A stretch of DNA of 63,093 bases, the filler included, from Lenisia limosa (lineage: Eukaryota; Protista; Breviatea): NCBI GenBank assembly GCA_001655205.1. It is 23 parts of 23 records of this genome, joined end to end, with 100 filler letters (N's around TTAATTAATTAA, not from the genome) between each part and the next. Parts side by side here need not be neighbours in the genome. Positions count along the whole stretch, not along the records: positions 1 to 5,335 come from LPNZ01004174.1; positions 5,436 to 8,384 come from LPNZ01008449.1; positions 8,485 to 13,302 come from LPNZ01001728.1; positions 13,403 to 16,677 come from LPNZ01009931.1; 19 more parts are not named here. The stretch is one strand, 5' to 3'. Every line of letters starts with the position of its first letter. The stretch's first letter is position 1. Under the pieces are notes generated by a model, which made no database searches, was not told the DNA's origin, and saw only the letters and a program-made list of their open reading frames with translations. Made by a program: the position numbers and the translations under genes. This document shows, piece after piece, positions 1 to 14,232 of this stretch.

Positions 1-2
1 CA

Positions 3-53
3 GCCTTCCTCTCAGCCCTCACAATTGACCTCTTTGGCCGCCGGACGTTCATG
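3..53 (+). CDS. Possible exon of an MFS/sugar-transporter-like gene (fragment)
   Basis: Reads AFLSALTIDLFGRRTF, resembling the MFS D-x-x-G-R-R loop motif, and is followed by a GTGATC donor-like site. Only one short exon. Confidence 0.3.
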
Positions 54-565
54 TGATCTTCGGTTCCGTTCTACCTGTTTCTATTTACTGTTTTCCGTTT
101 CTTTAAATTCTATGATTGTTGGTTGTTGAATGTATATTAAAATCTGATGTTATTATTTTGTTGTAAATTTCAATCCCAAATTGTCTCAAATAGAGTGATG
201 AAATTTTGTGTTGTCCTGGTATCGGTTTTGTCTTGTCGTGTAGGGAGGTGTAGCTTGTTGAGAATTATTCTGGAGATGTACAAAAAAGTCATAATACAAA
301 AATTCAACGTTCTGCCTCTCATCTGTGACGTCATGACGGCATTCATTTATTATCTTCAATTTTTTTAATTTTGTAAACTTGGGCTGAAATACAGAACAGT
401 AGACCTGCGCAACAAGCTGAGAGTGAAGGACGAGGGACCTTGATAAAAAAGTAGGAGGTGAATTCGATGATTAGCGAAACACAAAGGCCCTTCTGGGCAA
501 CCCTACCTTCCATTATTGCTATTTTCTATTTACTAGATTAATTGCAGCAGAAGTTACCTCCGAAA

Positions 566-3500
566 ATGCTTCGATTCTTGACGATCTTTCTCACGATTCT
601 ATCCTTCGGCTTTTGTGTGTCCTTGTAGGCTGGGATCATTCAGCTACCAATAACGTTGTTTTGGTACTTCTTAAGATATTCTCCAGAATAAACCGGAGCC
701 GATATATTATTTGTTTGTGTAGAACGCGATGAATTATAAAGCGGGGCAATAAGTAATCCATATTTCGCGCAATTTCATTTACATAAATTCACACTGATGA
801 GTAATTACTGTATTTTCTCTGGATTTAGTTTTCTGTCCAAACTCCCACTTAGGACAACTTGCCTTTCAGAACATTCGGGGGTTGTTCTTTCTGCTTTGTT
901 ATTTTTAATTCACTTATTTATTTACGAACTGATTAATGCATTGAGATATAATAAAGAGTTTTAGTGAATTTTTATATTATTATTTTAGTTAACATAGCTT
1001 TGTATTATTTTTCTTTCGATTTTATCTTTGCCTACATTGAGAGATCAGGATTAATATCGTATGCTGCTCCCAAGATTGTTTCAGTTTTATATTTTCTTAC
1101 AATAAATTGGATCTTCACTTTTGGTTCCCAAAAAGAGACGGAATTATCTATAAATAACAAACTTTTGTATGTCTTTGTGAACTGAAAGTGAAGCTCCATT
1201 GGATATCATATAATACTTCCGAAAGAAAATCCACTCAAATATATGGAATATAGTACATGGCTTTTCATGTTTTTTTGGATGCATTTTTTGGAGGTCGGTA
1301 TAACTGTCTCAAATAATAATGCCTCAGGGCCACGAATGGTGACACACTGGTGAACAAGGAGCCCACTAATCCTGACGCTGCTACCCCCCTTTCGTACTTC
1401 CAGGAGCTCAATGCTACGGTTGGTAAGTTATAGGTAGGGCTTCACTTCGGTTCGAAAAATACTGGTAAAATATGGATAGTTTTGGAGGATTTATCGAGAA
1501 ATTCAGTCTTTTTGAACCGATGTGAAGCCCTAGTTATATGGTTTCATTTTATTTCGATATAGATATTTGTTGTTTCGAAATAATTTATTATGCTGGGGAG
1601 GCACGCAGAAAACTGTGTGCACAAAGCTGTGAGGCAAATGATTACTATAATAATTCAATATCTCTTATAGCGTGATGGTGCGGACGGCTTCGTTATAACA
1701 TTGTTTTTTATTTTTCATTGCTGTATTATATGGCTTCATTTCGTTTCGAAATAAGACCGAATTTCTTGAAACATATCTTTATGTTACCGGGCTTTTTCGG
1801 ACCGGAGTGAAGCCTTAGACAGGCACTTGGCCGCAGGGGGTTGCAAACGTTGTCCCTTTAGGTCGAAAAATACCAAGGAAATATTCCGCTAACCTTGTTT
1901 TATTTCTCATCTCTATAATATATCCATCCCCGCTGATCCCCCAGGTTTCCGACCTTGTCAAACGAGGAGGTGGAGGCGATGTTTGTTGGGAAAGTATCAT
2001 ATGAATTGACATTTTCAATCTGTGTTAAAGGTAGAAAGTGGAAATAAGACGCCGTATCCACTTGTTTATGCCCACTCCGTATTCCATTGTAAGGGTACTC
2101 CCTTCATATGTTATTTGGTTTTCTTTTTGGAAAGAATGCAGCACACAACGACAGAATACCAAGTGATGGTATAACCTTTCCTATTTCTAAAGTTCTTTTA
2201 CTTCTATCTTCTTCATTCTTACAAAAGTCTTTAACCTACAACTTCAAGCACGTATATCCTTTTCATTGACTAACAACTTTTATTATATGCCTATCCTCTT
2301 GTTTATGCCCTCTTCCACCTGTTTCACGCCCTAGTGTCGAAATGACCAGTACCCGAGTGCCCCTGAAACCTGCACGGTAAGATTGAGATTTTTTTTTTTT
2401 TTGAACAAGAGAAATAATGGTCATTGGAAATTTCGGGAAATTAATGGAGTTGTATTTTGAATTGGTAACTAGGGCTTCATTTCGGTTCGAAAAATACCGG
2501 TAAAATATCGATAGTTTTCGAGGATTTATCGAGTAATTCAGTCTTTTTTCGAACCGAAGTGAAGCCCTATTGGTAACTCATATACAAGCTGATCTAAGAA
2601 TGCGGTGATATTTGTTATTTTAGAGTAAGTAACTAAAATAATAAAAAGTTATAAAAGTAGTAGATTTATGAAAGAAAAAAGGACAATTATTACAACAACA
2701 AACGTTTTTTTTTAAAAAAAAAATACCCGTTATTAGACAAGCTCAGTACTGGCTATTAGTAGGACTTCCCTACGGTCCCAAAATAGACTGGGTTTCTCAA
2801 TAAATCCTCGATAAATATCGATATTTTGACGGCCTTTTTCTTAGACCCTATCAAAGTGGATTTCTGCTGTTTACCACCTCACTATTTACAGAGCTGCTCA
2901 ACCCTCAATCGCATGCCTGGAGATGGCAACTTCTGCGGTGTTTGTGTCGAAGGTGGGAAGTGAGAGAACAATACCCGAAAAAGACTAAGGAATCGGGTGG
3001 GATTCACTTCGAAAAAGACCGAATTTCTCGATATTATACTTTCGATATTTGTTCGATCTTTTTCGACTGCGATGTGTGTGTCGAAGGTGGGAGTGGGGGA
3101 TTGTCTAAAAACCATCAGATTCTCTATGAACCTAGTTTCAATAGAGACTTTACTGCAAAACAAAATATATCATTTGTCTATTAATCATATCATAATGATA
3201 TATTATATAATTATAATATAATATCAGATGATATCCAATAATGGGGTGTTGTTTTCTTGGGAAAACAGCTGCCGTTACAAAAATCGATCTCAATGGGTAA
3301 TTTTATTTTTGGATTTCTACCTCATATATAATGTTTAACTTTAATATATGATATGATATGATAAATACATAGGTAGGTGTTTTTCAGTTTTTCAACTCTA
3401 CCATAGTGTATTATCGTATATATAGTACATACGATATACTATTATACTACATATTATATATATTAGGATAAAAATTATATTCTTTTACATAAGACTTGAA

Positions 3501-4944
3501 TTGCTTTTCTCATTTGCTCGTATCTCTTTAAAATCGTGCTGATTGAATGTTTGCTATAAGCTGTATGCTGTGGAGGCACGCAGAAAGCTGTGTGCACAGA
3601 GTTGTAAGGCAAATGATTGGGTGAATTNNNNNNNNNNNNNNNNNNNNNNNNNNNNNNNNNNNNNNNNNNNNNNNNNNNNNNNNNNNNNNNNNNNNNNNNN
3701 NNNNNNNNNNNTATCCAAAACTTGGTATTTCTCATGTTCGCAGATTTTTGTTTCATATAATTTCCAAGTTTACTCCTCAGGATTCTTCCATAATGCTACC
3801 GGGCTCAGCTACGACACGACCCCATGTACCCGTATGCGTTGGTGTTTTCTTGGCATAATATGAGGATAAGTTTCAGACAGACTGTTTTTTTTTATTCATA
3901 AAGTTAATTTTTCACTTTGTTCCGGGCTAAGGAGTTTGATGTATCTAGGGTTTCCTCACAACCGAAAAGACTGAAATCCTCGATAGATCCACGGGAAATG
4001 CCACTCTTTTTTCTGTCTTTTTTGGGAACATCGGAAATCCCTAGATATATCCTACTCCTTTTTCTCTTTCTTATTTCTACTTGTATTAGGACTCCACTTC
4101 GATTCGAAAAAAGACTGAAATTCTCAATTAATCCTCGAAAACTATCGATATTTTACCGAGTTTTTTTGAGCCGAAATGAAGCCCTAATTAGTACAACAAA
4201 AAGAGATATATAGGTTGGGTTTTTCACGTCTCTGTACAATTTATTGAATTGTGTTTGTCCTAATTGTCACCCTTCAGCATGCTCAGTAGCTCTACAGACT
4301 AACATCCTGCGAGAATGCACCCGGCTGCGTGATGTTGGCTATTTCAGTGGGGGGGGGGGACTAGACTGAAAAATTCTTGATAACCGTTGTGAAGCATGAG
4401 TGGGGATAGTTGGGGTTTTATTCTTCTCAAAGAGATATTTTAGTTCTACATCTTCGGATATTTTAGTTATTACAATGGGTTTTTGACTGCGTTAAATGTC
4501 CCTATTTTAACGACCAAATATTTATGAGCTACCTTAGGTTTTCCTTCCTAATTCTGTTCTGCAGATATCAAGACGGAGAAAGCTGTTTTAAAACAAGTGA
4601 ACAAAATAAAGACCTGGTGCAATTAATTGAATACTAGTTTCAAAATTTGAAGTGATACGTATTCTCATGGGAACGCCATTTCTGACACATCCTTCAAATA
4701 TTAATTGTACGGAGTAAATACCAGGGCTCCATGCAATTAATTTTTTTGAGGAAATTAATTGACAAAATTAGAAATTAAAGTGTCTACATGTCCCATTTCA
4801 AATATGATGAATTTAGCTGACGTCTGGAATTCCGGATACGGCTATGGCACTCGCTTTGCAACTTTTTACAAGTCCGATATTACGGAGTGTTCGAAAGCCT
4901 GTATCATCGAGGGCTTTAACCGTGACATTGATCTGAGCACGTTG
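566..4944 (+). CDS. Multi-exon secreted or surface Cys-rich protein with TNFR-like cysteine spacing (3' end not identified)
   Basis: Exons 566-624 (MLRFLTIFLTILSFGFCVSL, signal-peptide-like), 1328-1422, 2335-2376 (CRNDQYPSAPETCT), 2892-2952 (SCSTLNRMPGDGNFCGVCVEG), 3781-3831 (FFHNATGLSYDTTPCTP), 4278-4346 (CSVALQTNILRECTRLRDVGYF) and 4817-4944. GT-AG phases are consistent except across 1422-2335, where small exons at about 1820-2170 are inferred. Confidence 0.6.
1435..1532. mobile_element. MITE family A (hAT-like, YAGGG termini), copy with 8-bp TSD
   Basis: TAGGGCTTCACTTCGGTTCGAAAAA...TTTTTGAACCGATGTGAAGCCCTA, flanked by GTTATAGG / GTTATATG (7/8 match). Confidence 0.85.
1591..1735 (+). repeat. 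Intronic repeat family D (about 150-200 bp; core AGCGTGATGGTGTGGACGGCTTCGGCCAGATACAACCTTG-T-rich-CTCATTGCTA)
   Basis: Homologous segments on + at about 1591, 3560, 5030, 16015, 16617, 23053, 25128, 40428, 44535, 57605 and 60565, and on - at about 11375, 41495, 41972, 53420 and 55125. Confidence 0.85.
2470..2569. mobile_element. MITE family A (hAT-like), copy with perfect 8-bp TSD
   Basis: About 24-bp TIRs, TAGGGCTTCATTTCGGTTCGAAAAA / TTTTTCGAACCGAAGTGAAGCCCTA, with TTGGTAAC on both sides (2462-2469 and 2570-2577). Confidence 0.92.
3946..4043. mobile_element. MITE family A, diverged copy
   Basis: TAGGGTTTCC...GGAAATCCCTA flanked by GATGTATC / GATATATC. A further copy follows at about 4087-4186. 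Confidence 0.75.
4617..4716. mobile_element. MITE family F (Stowaway/mariner-like TIR CTCCGTGCAATTAATT), deleted copy
   Basis: Homologous in reverse orientation to 36044-36169 and ends ...GTACGGAGTA. A second partial copy lies at about 4728-4790. Confidence 0.65.
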
Positions 4945-5335
4945 GTAACCAGTTTCTATTACGGATGTGAGTGGTGGCATCTTGTGAAGTCGATTTCCTT
5001 CTCTTAATCAGGTAAAAGCTATAATGGGCATTATAATCCAATATCTCTTATTAGCGTGATGGCGTGAACCGCTTCGTATCGTAGTATGTAATATAAGATT
5101 CTGAATTTGATCCAATGTTGTACCTGGGAACAATAATCATTTGTAATGATATTTTGTTGGCTTTTTGAAAATAAATTGGAGAAATCTATTGTTAGATATA
5201 TTTGACTTTCTGCCATTTCGGATTTTCACAAAAAAGAAAATATTTATGAATTCTACATGTCACAGTAAAACGCTAACGTTTCCTACTCAATCCTCTGTGT
5301 GTTTCTCAAATTTCTCAGAGGATTCTGGGATTTTT

Positions 5336-5435
5336 NNNNNNNNNNNNNNNNNNNNNNNNNNNNNNNNNNNNNNNNNNNNTTAATTAATTAANNNNNNNNN
5401 NNNNNNNNNNNNNNNNNNNNNNNNNNNNNNNNNNN
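5336..5435. other. Artificial contig-joining linker (44 N + TTAATTAATTAA + 44 N), first of 22 copies
   Basis: Identical 100-bp linkers start at 5336, 8385, 13303, 16678, 18703, 22711, 24122, 27924, 29588, 32804, 35085, 39648, 40927, 42550, 43795, 45797, 48046, 50416, 51705, 56667, 57893 and 60949. TTAATTAATTAA places stop codons in all six frames, and genes break at these points. Confidence 0.97.
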
Positions 5436-6026
5436 CCTTGTATAGGCCATTGCTAGTGTTTTTTGAAAAAACGCTTCGACAGATACATAGAGAAAATGGA
5501 CCTCCAATGTTCCTAACTTTTTTTTTCAATTTGGAGCAAATGTCATAAATCCGTGAATTTGGTCTCCAGGGGTCCCCCTTTTGCCTTTTTAGTGTTAAGA
5601 AACAAAAAATTGTACCCCTCGGAGTAATTGGTTTCGGGTTCCCATTTGCTTTGGCTATGTAATGGTGAATTTTGAGGAAAAAATGCTAAAAATAGCACTG
5701 TCTACAGGGGTAAACTTTCCCGGATAGTTGCCATTTATTCCTTGAATGTGGCCTTTTATAACGGTTTTTGCTTGTTTTTGACCGTTTTTGGACCGTAAAT
5801 AGAGAGCTTAGGGACTTAATTTGGTTTTGACCCGATAATATGTTAAATTGGGGTTTCATTATTTGATTAAGATTGAGATTACTTTCAAAAACAGAAGGGA
5901 AATAGGGTTTCTGGGTGGTTTATGGTGATTTTTTATGCAAAACTCAAGCTGTCCGGGAGTTTTGATGTCCGGGAATTTTGAATGATGTCCGGAGCTTTGA
6001 CTATACATATATATATAGGTTGGTGG

Positions 6027-6829
6027 TTAAAACCGCGAACATGATTAAAACCGCGAACAAGCTAAAAATCGACATAAATCGCTTCAATAACACCCTTTTT
6101 AGTGTGAAATTCGGCAGTTTTGAGTACTAGACTATCATAACACCAAAACAAAGAAATTATTAGCAAAAAGAAGAAAAAAAAGAGGAGATAGCAAAATCGA
6201 AAAAAAAAGATCTTTTTGATCAGAATCGACCCGGCCGGGGTCACCCAGTTTCCTTTACGCGAAAATATTCCCTCTTTCAGAATAATAGCAATTTGAGCCT
6301 ATTAAAGTGCCCCACTATAGAAACGCAGATTTTTAAGGAGAATTCGAATCTGACGTCCATTTTTGGAGAAAATGTAGTGGTTTTGAGGTATTTAAGTCAA
6401 CTTTTGTAACGGTTTTTTCAAGAATTTTCCTTGTTCAGTCTAAACAGACGTCTGATTAAAGTATATACCGCGTCAATAACCCATTTACCGTTCTGGAACG
6501 GCACANNNNNNNNNNNNNNNNNNNNNNNNNNNNNNNNNNNNNNNNNNNNNNNNNNNNNNNNNNNNNNNNNNNNNNNNNNNNNNNNNNNNNNNNNNNNNNN
6601 NNNNNNNNNNNNNNNNNNGGCATGAATAATTGAAGTACTATGAAGGTGGTATTTTGCATGTATGTTGATACCCCTGCCTATTCTTCTGAATAAAACCCTG
6701 TATAAAGGAGTGTTTCGGGCGATAATTTGAAAAAAATGCGAAGAGGCGTAAATAAGGAGCGTATTGACTCAAAATTTGAAAGAAAAGCCTCCTTTTTGTT
6801 CGCGGTTTTAATCATGTTCGCGGTTTTAA
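6027..6829. mobile_element. Non-autonomous DNA transposon of about 800 bp with 34-bp inverted repeats
   Basis: TTAAAACCGCGAACATGATTAAAACCGCGAACAA (6027-6060) is exactly reverse-complemented at 6796-6829. Both sit in (TA)n context, and no transposase ORF is visible. Confidence 0.8.
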
Positions 6830-6956
6830 CAATATATATGATATACTACTATATATCGATATCGCATCCTATATGAATATAAATATACGTAGTATATCAT
6901 ATATCCAAATGTGAGCTTGCACTGGCACCATGACAGGAGCACCTTAAAAAATAATC

Positions 6957-7340
6957 TCAAAACAATACAGTAATACCACAATACCCCCTCCCAACCTTAA
7001 TTTCAATCTGTTCTAGCCTTGAGATCTTGCGAGTTATTTTTTTTTTTTGAATGACCAATTGTGAAATTTCATTATTTGTATTTTCGATTTCATCATTCAT
7101 TCTTTCAAGATTCTTTTCCGCAAGAACGATATCATTTCCTCCAGTTTCCATAATTTGATTCTGAATGGATATTATAATACTATCAATTTCAATTACAGTC
7201 TGATTTAACAGAGCAAGTTTCTCGTTATACTGGAACACAACCTGTTTTAAGCAATTTGACTCGTGGTTTAGCTGTTGGTCAAGTGAAGAAACAGATTCAT
7301 TTTTGAGTTCTTTTAATAATTGAGCGAGCTGATTTTCCAA
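6957..7340 (-). CDS. Hypothetical intronless coiled-coil ORF
   Basis: 127-aa open frame rich in E/N/Q/K/L/I with heptad-like character. It is AT-rich unlike the host exons and has no recognisable homologue. Confidence 0.3.
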   Translation of the reverse strand: MENQLAQLLKELKNESVSSLDQQLNHESNCLKQVVFQYNEKLALLNQTVIEIDSIIISIQNQIMETGGNDIVLAEKNLERMNDEIENTNNEISQLVIQKKKITRKISRLEQIEIKVGRGYCGITVLF

Positions 7341-8761
7341 GTTCGATTGCTTTAATCAAAGGGAAAAATCTCAAAAAAAAAACTTCTCATTTGAAATGGT
7401 AGAATTGATTTTTTTTATTTCGGAACACAACTTTGATTGTTCGCCAATATATGTTTTTTTTTTTTGAAGAGATATNNNNNNNNNNNNNNNNNNNNNNCCC
7501 TACATCAGATAAAAATATATCAAAAAAACAAAAAAAAAAAATCAATGCGGTTAGTATACTATAAATTGAGAAGGTGAAAGCCTGCATAAGGTGGTTCAAT
7601 CGTTGTTTGGGCAAATAAAGTGGAACTGTGAGTGCAGTTTTAAAAATGACCTTTGGGGGATAAAGTGTAGATTTTCATATGAAATTGCTCACATGAAAAT
7701 TATTTAAATGGTTAAAAATGGCCTGGAATGTGCCTCACCGAGGCTATATGAGGTCAAAATTGCAAAAAAAAAAACGCGTTCAAAATGGGAATAACCTCGG
7801 GAGACAGGAAAATGGACATCAAATTATTTTCGCCGACCGAGGCTGTTTTAAACGGAAAACAAGCCTAAGAAATTATCCCTAATGTTGTTTTTCAATACTG
7901 CATACATGGCTTCAAATTTTTTTCCAAAAAAAAACTGCGACTGGATCATCTGAAAGCGATTATCAGAAGCTCAAGACCAAGAATATGGCGCATCAATATA
8001 CCCATCTTGTGTCATCAAGGATTCTACGAAGAATGAGAGACTATTCCAAGTTCAGTTCAATAAAAATTAAGTGAAATCCATTATACAGAAAACCTATAAC
8101 CCATTGTCGGCACCCTTTCCTCCTGCAGTATTTTCTATACATCTAAAAAACAGACAATCGCTCCTATCAACAGGAATGCCTTCAACTAGGGGTTGCCCTT
8201 GTGTGAATAATATATTCGCTTAAACACGATGAGAGTAGGTTTTGCCAACACCAGAGAAAAATCACGGAATGGAAAGTGAGAGAGGTGGAGAGGTATACTA
8301 CGCTGGTACTAGTGTCTTGTAAAGTAAACAAAAATTCAAGATCCACAAAAGATTTTATCATATGATATAATATATATATATATANNNNNNNNNNNNNNNN
8401 NNNNNNNNNNNNNNNNNNNNNNNNNNNNTTAATTAATTAANNNNNNNNNNNNNNNNNNNNNNNNNNNNNNNNNNNNNNNNNNNNATGTCACGATTTTTCT
8501 GGGTTACTTGAGGTAAATATACACGATTTAATAGGTATAAACAACATATTCTAAACCGGAAGCAGTTGAAATTGATGCAATATGAGTACCAACGCAATAG
8601 CCTCTTTAATATGATATCATGTGGTACCTATACAAAGGGGGTCACCCGAGCCGATCCGATTTTTCAGATCTTTTCCAGATCTTTGGGATTGTATGTTGTA
8701 TGTTTGACGGGAAGTTTCAGCCCCTTGTTGGTACTTGGTTGTAAGAGGTTGTAATTACACA

Positions 8762-10356
<1,595 letters not shown>

Positions 10357-11579
10357 GTTTTGTTGATTCATCAAAAAATAGAAACTTCACCATGTAACCT
10401 GGAAAGTGAGGGGGGGGGGGGATACATAGAGCAACACAACGACATTNNNNNNNNNNNNNNNNNNNNNNNNNNNNNNNNNNNNNNNNNNNNNNNNNNNNNN
10501 NNNNNNNNNNNNNNNNNNNNNNNNGTTTCACGCTACCATAGACATTACCATAACTTGAGGGGTAAGCTATCTCGTTTCATCTCAACCATTTGGAGACAAA
10601 ACCGAAAGAATCCCTTGAGGTGTTGAAGGAGTTGAAGGAATGCAGTGCAGGAACTAAAGGAACCGTGAGATCAAATCATAATATTGAGGTGATAAGACCC
10701 GCCTGACAGTGATGGGGAGAAAGGAACGGATCATGTACTGCTTCAGGAAGAGACTCGAGAGAGGGCTGCTTTCTTGGTATCTGACATAATGAGACCCAGT
10801 AATATGAATTTTTTGGGGGTTCACATCAGCTTACTGTTTTTGGGGTGATAAATATTGCCTTCAATATTCGCCACACCACATCCGAGCCTAATGCCCAAAG
10901 ACAAACCCGAAGAACCTAAAGAATGAGGATTGTCTATCAAGGACTCGCTGTTTTAGATATAACAATTGAAAAAATGTAAAATATCCATTACCCCTTTCCA
11001 ACCCAAAACAATTTAGGACTCCTCTCAGGACTTGTTTGAAACAATCGAAGGATCATCGTAACACTTCTTGTACCTTGACATAAGTAACAATACAACAAAT
11101 TCAACTTTATATTCATCACAATGATTTAGTCGCCCCTACCTAGCTTTGAGAGAACAGATATAGCGGCGATGCTCAATGCAACAATTCCAGTGATTAACTT
11201 CGTATGTACCACGGTCTGGGGTGTAAATGTAGTATCATATTATTAAACTACACAATACTAAATTAGGGCGATTAATTTATCAAATATTAAATAAAAATAG
11301 GTGAAATAAACGAATAGTATTTAAATATTGAAATGTAAACAGCCCCCTTTTATTTCCTTCTATTGACCGAAGCTGTCCAAATCACATAGACAAAAATGTG
11401 ACAACATTGATTACAATTTGCCCTTCACTTCGGTCTGAAAAAGACCGATAAACTATCGTTAGTTTTCGAGGATTTATTGAGAAATTCAATATTTTTTTCG
11501 AACTGAAGTGAAGCCCTAATTCATCTGTCTTCAGTATTAATACAAAAAAAAGAGTTCAGCTATTTCAATACATTACCTC

Positions 11580-12234
11580 TTCCGTTTGCCTGAGTAGTTG
11601 AGACTCAACATCTTGAAGAATATCAGCGAGATCACACACCACTTGTTCCTGGATGGAAATCAGCAAATCAACAATGCACTCCCAACCTGGATCGAAGCCG
11701 TCTGGGCAAGATGAAATATGGATTTATTTGACTCATTGACGTTTTCCTCAAGATGTGATATGTCGTTCTTCAAAAATCGCATGTTCTTCTGCTGCGTAAG
11801 TGCCAAAAGCGTGTAATGACAATGCAAAAGCTCTGAAAGACTGGCTTATGGATTCTTCACTGGATTTGTACACACCTTTATTGCGGTAGTTTGTGCAAGG
11901 TGCATTGCCGCAGTGACCAATGCAAGTTCCCTACGCGGGGTGTCCTTGAAATCAAAGGAAAACTGCCCCTGTTATTCAAAAATACTGTCTGGGTCTGCAC
12001 AAAGGTATCATCAAAATCCGCAAACTGAATCATCAAGATTACGTCGTAAAGCCAGGCTACCTTGACTGTTGGGTGGAGGGGTGCCTGAATAAATGAAACA
12101 AACGAAAGGTGACGAGCGAGATTATCATTTTTCAGCAAGCCAATCTTGGCAATCCCACTCATCAAATCAAATAAACATGCCGTCATACGTGGTGGCGAGG
12201 GGGTATCTCCTAATCCTTCCATTCCAACAGGCAT
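11580..12234 (-). CDS. Multi-exon hypothetical protein
   Basis: Phase-0 exon chain ELALVTAAMHLAQTTAIK / QKNMRFLKNDISHLEEN / TASIQ / EQVVCDLADILQDVESQLLRQTEE with short GT-AG introns. Both ends are uncertain. Confidence 0.4.
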
Positions 12235-12620
12235 TGCTAAACTATCGCTATCCCTTTTGGCCTGTGTCTGTGTTTTTGAGGGTGTTTGCGTAATTGTGTC
12301 AGCGGGGCAGGGGGATATGCTATATTTTCATATTAAACTCAACTCATATTGACCTATCCGTATAACCCTTCCTATTATTGTAGTATTATTGTTATTGATA
12401 AAATTCCCTGCCACCAACCTGCCACAACCAAAACACACACCAAAATTGTCATAGTAACTAATGCAACTAATGTGATCATAAACGTTGTTAAAAAAAATTG
12501 GAAATGTTTTTTAGTTTTTTGTTGCTTTTGTTGGTGTGGTGTAAAATAAAGTAATAAATAATAAGATTAGCGCTGTAAGGGAGTGTGTGTATTGGTTAAT
12601 AAAGGGGAAGTAGTATCAGA

Positions 12621-13302
12621 ATGGCATCTCCATTTGTGAAGCTTGTAAAGAAGGACTTTGGGGTCACTAAGGTTGATGAATCAAGAGAAACCAAGAAGTG
12701 GAGACAATTCAAGCATGCAGACGTTACAGAACTTCCTGGAGCCGTTAATCATGTTACCTTTAAGCCTGTTACCCCCTTCGACTTTGCTATCACCTCAGGA
12801 ACCAGAGTAAGAACTTTTTAGAGGGAAAGCGACTTACGACCTTTTAGATTCAGATCTTCAATGGTGATACTGGCAAACAACGTAAGGCAGTGACCAGATT
12901 CCAGCACACCGTCTATTGGGCTGACTTCAGAGAGTAAGAAGGAAGGAAAGGCTTCCTAGGTCTCACGCTGACAGTTTTTTGGCCGTTAGTCTGTCCTCGT
13001 GACCATATTCCCTTTCATGTCCTTCTGTTTTCAATATTATTTTTTTTTTTTCAAAGACGATCAGCCTCACAATGTAGTGATGGGAAGCTGCTGTGTGGCG
13101 CTGACGGCAGCGGAGTCGTGCAACTCTTCGACCTGTCAAGCAGAAACATCCTCAGAACATTCAAGGCTCACTCTGGGTTTGCGCTCGTGCATAAAGAAAA
13201 CTTCTTACGCAATGAACTTTGATTTGACCTTTCCAGGGCCGCCCGCTTCTGTGGCTTCATTAACCGCAACACTATTGCATCTGCTGGTGATGACGGTCTT
13301 AT
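12621..13302 (+). CDS. UTP15: U3 snoRNP WD40 protein UTP15, 5' part (cut by linker)
   Basis: Exons 12621-12806, 12848-12933, 13078-13176 and 13237-13302 give ...GAVNHVTFKPVTPFDFAITSGTRIQIF...TRFQHTVYWADFRDDGKLLCGADGSGVVQLFDLSSRNILRTFKAH...IASAGDDG, collinear with recalled UTP15. Confidence 0.88.
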
Positions 13303-14232
13303 NNNNNNNNNNNNNNNNNNNNNNNNNNNNNNNNNNNNNNNNNNNNTTAATTAATTAANNNNNNNNNNNNNNNNNNNNNNNNNNNNNNNNNNNNNNNNNN
13401 NNCTTCCTTACGGTCCGAAAAAGACTGGTAGAACATCGATATTTATCGAGGATTTATCGAGCAATTAAGTCTTTTTTTGGACCGTCGGGAAGCCCTAATT
13501 AGAGGAGAGGGTATAATGGGGTAGAGCTATTAAAGAGAAATCCCATCCATAGATCTTCTTTTTTTTAACAAGAAAAATAATATAGATACATTAGAAATCT
13601 AGGGAAACAAATAAATACATAGGGATACCGGATACCATAAACAGATTATCATGCCTCCACGCCCACGCTCCTCGAGACTCTATGGGGGGGATCTAGTATA
13701 AAAGGTGTTACTTTAATATGCACAATTCCTCCAACCTCCTATCCCCCCTAACCTTGTATCAGATTTGAACTGTCCTTTTACTCATATTGTTCACCCCAGA
13801 TTACAATGATCTTTTTAGGCCCTTGAACAAGCCGTCTACTCGTCAATGTGAGGCCACCCGTACCTATTTGATACTTTGCGTTATCTCAGGGTTTTTCTCT
13901 CTTTTTTGTGTTATCACAGGGTTTTGTTTCCAAATTAAAAACAGAATTTACCCCACACACACACAGCATAAACTCCGGGATGCGGTGCTGCAGAAGCCAC
14001 TGGCCTTTGTTTTGTTTGTTTTCAGCCATTTGATTTTGAGCTTTTTTTTTTGTTTCAGGAATTGTCCTATTTTACCCCCCCCCNNNNNNNNNNNNNNNNN
14101 NNNNNNNNNNNNNNNNNNNNNNNNNNNNNNNNNNNNNNNNNNNNNNNNNNNNNNNNNNNNNNNNNNNNNNNNNNNNNNNNNNNNNNNNNNNNNNNNNNNN
14201 NNNNNNNNNNNNNNNNNNNNNNNNNNNNCCAG

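Noticed and set aside
51-60. In-frame TGA after FGRRTFM as evidence for a UGA=Trp genetic code
   Set aside because: The TGA overlaps a GTGATC donor-like site. Conserved Trp positions in WDR35, RNF113A and the dynein all use TGG, and no other exon needs read-through.
11370-11410. Small exon LRSIEGNK on the minus strand
   Set aside because: The sequence is better explained as a family D repeat remnant (GTGATTTGGACAGCTTCGGTCAATA).
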